64,000 nt of DNA, taken from contig CAVVEI010000014.1 of assembly GCA_963747275.1 (NCBI GenBank), positions 72,774 to 136,773 of the forward strand. The letters are read 5' to 3'. The stretch is from an uncultured Actinomycetes bacterium. GTDB taxonomy: Bacteria; Actinomycetota; Thermoleophilia; RBG-16-64-13. Below the pieces are notes generated by a model. The model saw only the letters and a program-made list of their open reading frames with translations. It was not told the DNA's origin and did not search any database. Below, one piece after another: positions 60,560 to 64,000 of this stretch. Each line of letters begins with the position of its first letter. Positions within the stretch are counted from its first letter, which is position 1. The position numbers were made by a program, and so were the translations under genes.

Positions 60560-60768
60560 TGCATATGGCAAGAAGCAGATGCGAGGACTACGTCATCAGT
60601 CGGCCGAGAGCTCCCAGAGGAACTGATCGCGTCACTACTTCACCGACATCTCGGGATTCACCGTTCTCTGACAAAGTTTACCTAGACGGGGAATTGGGAT
60701 GCTGGCTGGGTGAAGACGACAGGCTCGCAGCCCATCATCGTTCGCAGCCTGTGAAAGAAGGATGGAAC

Positions 60769-61737
60769 ATGAGCACCAAGTACTACCCCCAGCGCATACA
60801 CATCACGCCCGCGGACTACATCGCCAAATATGAAGAATACGATGAGGCAAGCCCGAGCTATGTCGCCTACTACACCGAACCTGTTGGCGAGTTTGAGAGC
60901 AACGAGATCAGCGACACCGTGTATCACGCTAATGACGAAGTCCCCTATCACGAGCACGAGCGCGGCATAGAGCTCTTCCTGGTCGACGCCGGCAGGGTCG
61001 AGGTCTGGATCCGGGGCAAGCGGGCGGTTGCGGTCAAAGGCGATATGGTGTTTGTGCCTCCCTACGTAGCGCATGGCTTCCGCTATCTTGATGACGGCAC
61101 CGTCTGGCGCGAGCTCTTTCAGGAGATCCAGATGAACCCGGGGCTGTTGCAGCATCACCGCCTGCGGTACTACCATCCGGAGACGTTTAACGATCCCGAG
61201 TTCATGGCTGGGGTCTACAAACGCGATGCGACAGTGTGGTTCGACTACAAACCGATGCTGAGAGATGTAGATAAGAGCGCGGTGGGCTACATCCGCGACT
61301 ACGACTTTGCCCTTGCGCGCTTCGACTTCGAGGGCATATCTCTATTGCAGAAGGTGGCGCGCTACGAGACCAACGGCCACAAGGAGATCTGGCAGGCTCG
61401 CATGAGGCCGGGCTTCAACCTCTCCTGGGGCCATCAGAATCCACACACTAATCTGTTCGTCATCTATTCGGGCTCAGTCGACGTGAGCCTCGAGGGCATG
61501 GACCCTTTCGTGGCTAACGAACGCGACATCCTGCACGTGCCGACCTACCTGGCGGGCGAGATCACCGCGCGCGAAGATACCGTCCTTCTCGACTACAACT
61601 GCCGCGGCCACCTATTCCGCGCTCTTGACGAGATCACGTCGCTTGCCTCAACAGACCCCAAGGCGTACAAAGATCCGAAGGTGATCGACGCGATACTCGC
61701 GAAGTGCGACTACTTCATCCGAGGGAGACAGCAGTAG
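60769..61737 (+). CDS. Bicupin-fold protein of unknown specificity.
   Basis: ATG 60769 is preceded by GAAAGAAGGATGG. There are two cupin-like modules (YHEHERGIELFLVDAGRVEVWI...MVFVPPYVAHGF; second WGHQNPHTNLFVIYSGSVDVSL...ILHVPTY). The longer ORF from 60547 is rejected as a 5' extension. Confidence 0.6.
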   Translation: MSTKYYPQRIHITPADYIAKYEEYDEASPSYVAYYTEPVGEFESNEISDTVYHANDEVPYHEHERGIELFLVDAGRVEVWIRGKRAVAVKGDMVFVPPYVAHGFRYLDDGTVWRELFQEIQMNPGLLQHHRLRYYHPETFNDPEFMAGVYKRDATVWFDYKPMLRDVDKSAVGYIRDYDFALARFDFEGISLLQKVARYETNGHKEIWQARMRPGFNLSWGHQNPHTNLFVIYSGSVDVSLEGMDPFVANERDILHVPTYLAGEITAREDTVLLDYNCRGHLFRALDEITSLASTDPKAYKDPKVIDAILAKCDYFIRGRQQ

Positions 61738-61777
61738 AGGGTCGCGCGCGCCGGAGCAGTAGACACGGAGGCGATTC

Positions 61778-62539
61778 ATGGACAGGCTGAAGGGTAAGAC
61801 GGCCATCGTCACCGGGGCCGGTTCCGGGATAGGCCGGGCAGTCGCGATCGAGTTCGCCAAAGAGGGCGCCAGGGTAGTGGTGAACGACTGCCGGGCGGAT
61901 GGGGCCGGAGAGGCGACCGTCGGCATGATCCGAGCGGCAGGTGGCGAGGCCGTGTACGTGGACGCCGACGTGGCCGTGGAGCGCGACGTGGAGAGACTCA
62001 TCGGCGCCGCTGTCGACACGTACGGCCGACTGGACATCCTGGTGAACAACGCGGGCGTGGACCGCTACAAGCCCGTCCAGGAACTGACCGAGGATGACTT
62101 CGACTTTCAGGTCGGCGTCAATCAGAAGGGCCCCTTCTTTGGCATCAAGCACGCCGTTGCCGCGATGATCGCCGCAGGCGGCGGGTCGATCATCAACACA
62201 GCGTCTATCGCTGCCGACGATGGCCAGCGCGGTTCGCTGATCTACGGCGGAACGAAGGGGGCCGTCATCTCGATGACTCGGATCGCTGCCGCGGAGCTGG
62301 CGCAGTTCAACATCCGGGTGAACGCCGTGCAGCCGGGCGTGATCATGACCGGCATGACCGAAGGCGATGCAGAACTGATAGAGCGCTCCGCTCGCGAGAC
62401 CCCCCTGGGCGGCCGAATGGGCACCCCGGATGATTGCGCCCCTCTGTACGTATTTCTGGCTTCCGACGAATCGCGCTTCATCACCGGCCAGAAGATAGCG
62501 GTGGATGGCGGCATCATGGTCAAGAGCCACATCATCTGA
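61778..62539 (+). CDS. Short-chain dehydrogenase/reductase (SDR).
   Basis: Intact 253-aa ORF with TGAGSGIG and YGGTKGAV motifs. Confidence 0.85.
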   Translation: MDRLKGKTAIVTGAGSGIGRAVAIEFAKEGARVVVNDCRADGAGEATVGMIRAAGGEAVYVDADVAVERDVERLIGAAVDTYGRLDILVNNAGVDRYKPVQELTEDDFDFQVGVNQKGPFFGIKHAVAAMIAAGGGSIINTASIAADDGQRGSLIYGGTKGAVISMTRIAAAELAQFNIRVNAVQPGVIMTGMTEGDAELIERSARETPLGGRMGTPDDCAPLYVFLASDESRFITGQKIAVDGGIMVKSHII

Positions 62540-62553
62540 CGAGCGGCTCCAGT

Positions 62554-63130
62554 ATGGTCCTGAGGCCTAGACAGGGGAGCATCGTGCAAGACGAGCCGCT
62601 CGAGCTGCGAAGGTTCGATGAGAGCGATTTCGCTCAGTTGAGCGCCGCGATCACCGACCCTCGCCTTCATCTCCAGTGGGCCGGACCGGAGTACACGTAT
62701 CCCCTCGACGCGCGCGAGGTGAAGGAGACCCTCGCCAAGACGATGCGGCGAGACGCCATCGTTCAGGGTCTACAAGGCTGTTCTTCCCAGCACAGGGGAG
62801 ACGGTGGGTCACGTCCAGTTGATGGACATCGACTACGCCAGATCGACCTGCGTACTCGGCAAGGTGCTCATCTTCCCGGCCTATCGAGGCATAGGGCTGG
62901 GCAGAGCGCTGGTCAGATCGGCTGTCGACGAGGCGCTTGCCGGCTTGGGTCTGCGCGAAGTGACTCTCTTGGTCTTCGACTGCAACGACGCAGCCATCGC
63001 GACTTACAGAAGTCTGGGCTTCGCCCCGTCTCCACCTGACCCGGGAGCGCTCACGTTTGAAGACGAGAGCTGGCAGGCTAGGGCAATGGCGGTGACCAGG
63101 GAGCGGTGGTCGGAGCACGGCCGACTCTAA
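62554..63130 (+). CDS. GNAT-family N-acetyltransferase. The frame is broken once, somewhere between 62735 and 62762.
   Basis: ORF 62434-63039 (LELRRFDESDFAQLSAAITDPRL...) continues in the frame of ORF 62804-63130 (FRVYKAVLPSTGETVGHVQLMDID...AYRGIGLGRALVRSAVDEAL...NDAAIATYRSLGF). The start codon is uncertain. Confidence 0.7.
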
Positions 63131-63208
63131 GCGCGCGCCGGTCGACGCTCAGTGTGGGTTGACTCTTATCCCCGCGGAGTTCGGCCCCAGGGGCGTAAGT
63201 GTGTACCT

Positions 63209-63877
63209 CTAGCGCTGACGAGCGAGAGAGTAGTACTCCGCCAGCGCCGCAACAAAGGAGTTGCCAGCAGACCGCCCAAGGTCCCAATACTGCCAAGCAT
63301 CTCCGGAGTTGCCGGAGTTGCGGGTTATCTGCACCGCTTGGTTGGTTACATCTGCTCTGTAGATCATGTTGACGGTGGCGTCATCAAGCTTCAGATAGGC
63401 CGGCAGGTAGTCGCCTGGGATGCTCATGGCCTCAAACTGGTCACGGTAGTCGTCCAGGGTATCCTGCATCGTCATCAGTTCATCGGACACCCAGGAGGGT
63501 ACGTAGGGAAGGTTGGCGTTGATCACCTTGACGATTTCAGCGAACCGGTTGCTGTATGACTCCAGTTGCTGTACCAACTCACTCTCGAGCTCCGAGTAGA
63601 CGGCCAAGTCCCATACTGTGGTCACCGTTGCCGCACTCGACCCGCCCCCGCCCCCGGCCGAGACCAGCAGGGCGATCATGACGATGAGCCCGATGCCCAC
63701 CACGGCTGCGTAGGGGACCCAGCTCTTCGTCCAAGTGGCCTCCTGGGGCTTGCCCGGTCCTCGGGAGATCATGGTGGCCGATTTGACCCGTGATAGACGA
63801 GCCATCATGGTGCCCATCCCCTGGGCCGCGCCCGACGGCTGTCCCCAGGCCGGGCACCGGCAGAGCGCCCTGCCCAC
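63209..63877 (-). CDS. Single-pass membrane-anchored protein with an extracytoplasmic domain of unknown function. It may be the C-terminal part of the kinase gene to its right.
   Basis: A TM helix (VPYAAVVGIGLIVMIALLV) is followed by a soluble domain with no family I recognise. The coding frame upstream of about 63740 is ambiguous because all three frames are open. Confidence 0.5.
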   Translation of the reverse strand: MGRALCRCPAWGQPSGAAQGMGTMMARLSRVKSATMISRGPGKPQEATWTKSWVPYAAVVGIGLIVMIALLVSAGGGGGSSAATVTTVWDLAVYSELESELVQQLESYSNRFAEIVKVINANLPYVPSWVSDELMTMQDTLDDYRDQFEAMSIPGDYLPAYLKLDDATVNMIYRADVTNQAVQITRNSGNSGDAWQYWDLGRSAGNSFVAALAEYYSLARQR

Positions 63878-64000
63878 CTAAGGGCGGCAAGGAAGCTCGC
63901 GGCATCGGGGAAGCGGTCGGCCGGGTCTCTTGGCCAGGGCGGCCCCCAGCACCGCGCGCAGGTTGGCGGGTAGACCGGCCAGGGCCTCGGCGGGTAGTTC
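63878..64000 (-). CDS. Ser/Thr protein kinase, C-terminal end of the catalytic domain. It is partial and continues beyond the window, with a frame break near 63935.
   Basis: The reverse strand reads ELPAEALAGLPANLRAVLGAALAK, then after a 1-nt shift (D)PADRFPDAASFLAALR. This is the typical Hanks-kinase subdomain XI. Confidence 0.5.
   Translation of the reverse strand, partial: ELPAEALAGLPANLRAVLGAALAKRPGRPLPRCRELPCRP

Noticed and set aside
1-64000. Programmed ribosomal frameshifting as an explanation for the split genes.
   Set aside because: There are far too many events (about 40) in unrelated gene families. I found no shared slippery heptamer or downstream pseudoknot pattern. Both +1 and -1 corrections are needed, mostly in short homopolymers.
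1-64000. A search for mobile elements, prophage, defence systems (restriction-modification, toxin-antitoxin, CBASS, Cas etc.), and tRNA or rRNA genes.
   Set aside because: Every ORF of meaningful length is accounted for by metabolic, transport, regulatory or envelope functions. I found no integrase, transposase or recombinase, no terminal inverted repeats, no tRNA-like cloverleaf candidates and no abrupt compositional island. This visual scan cannot exclude small ncRNAs.

Overview
This is a GC-rich, gene-dense bacterial chromosomal segment with strong GC3 bias. I found no rRNA, tRNA, CRISPR array, transposase, integrase or phage genes. About 50 protein genes sit in tight operons, many translationally coupled through ATGA, GTGA or TGATG overlaps. 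The content is mostly anaerobe-style catabolic redox chemistry:
- Three MopB-superfamily Mo/W enzymes: an AthL/BthL-like pair at the left edge, a Tat-less FeS/NrfD/MopB set at 16.5-20.6 kb, and a stand-alone MopB at 53.6-55.7 kb at the end of a Liv-type ABC importer operon.
- Three single-polypeptide Mop-type aldehyde oxidoreductases (2x[2Fe-2S] + Moco, no FAD domain) at 36.6-39.2, 40.9-43.7 and 47.2-50.0 kb.
- Four class-III aminotransferases, two aldehyde dehydrogenases (one MmsA-type) and alanine dehydrogenase.
- A GlcD/GlcF/GlcE-like flavo-FeS set, a BKACE beta-keto-acid cleavage module, a saccharopine-dehydrogenase-like enzyme and three SDRs.
- TRAP, APC and ABC uptake systems, and IclR, Lrp and two TetR regulators.

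The most unusual block is 36.5-50 kb. Aminotransferase-to-Mop modules surround three things: a TusE/DsrC-like single-Cys protein coupled to a cysteine desulfurase; a 789-aa flavoprotein/ferredoxin/CCG-domain fusion with a 75-aa zinc-ribbon partner; and a 4 x 11-bp direct-repeat array in front of the one intact Mop gene. I read the island as a set of parallel amine -> aldehyde -> acid routes with its own Moco-sulfuration and electron-transfer accessories. This is inference only.

Major caveat: about 40 reading-frame breaks interrupt about 22 otherwise well-conserved genes. They are mostly +/-1 changes in short homopolymers and are strongly clustered. They look like consensus errors rather than decay, so coordinates of the affected genes are reconstructions. 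The taxon cannot be named from sequence alone. Lipoprotein-type binding proteins with long linkers and the GC content suggest a high-GC Gram-positive-like lineage.
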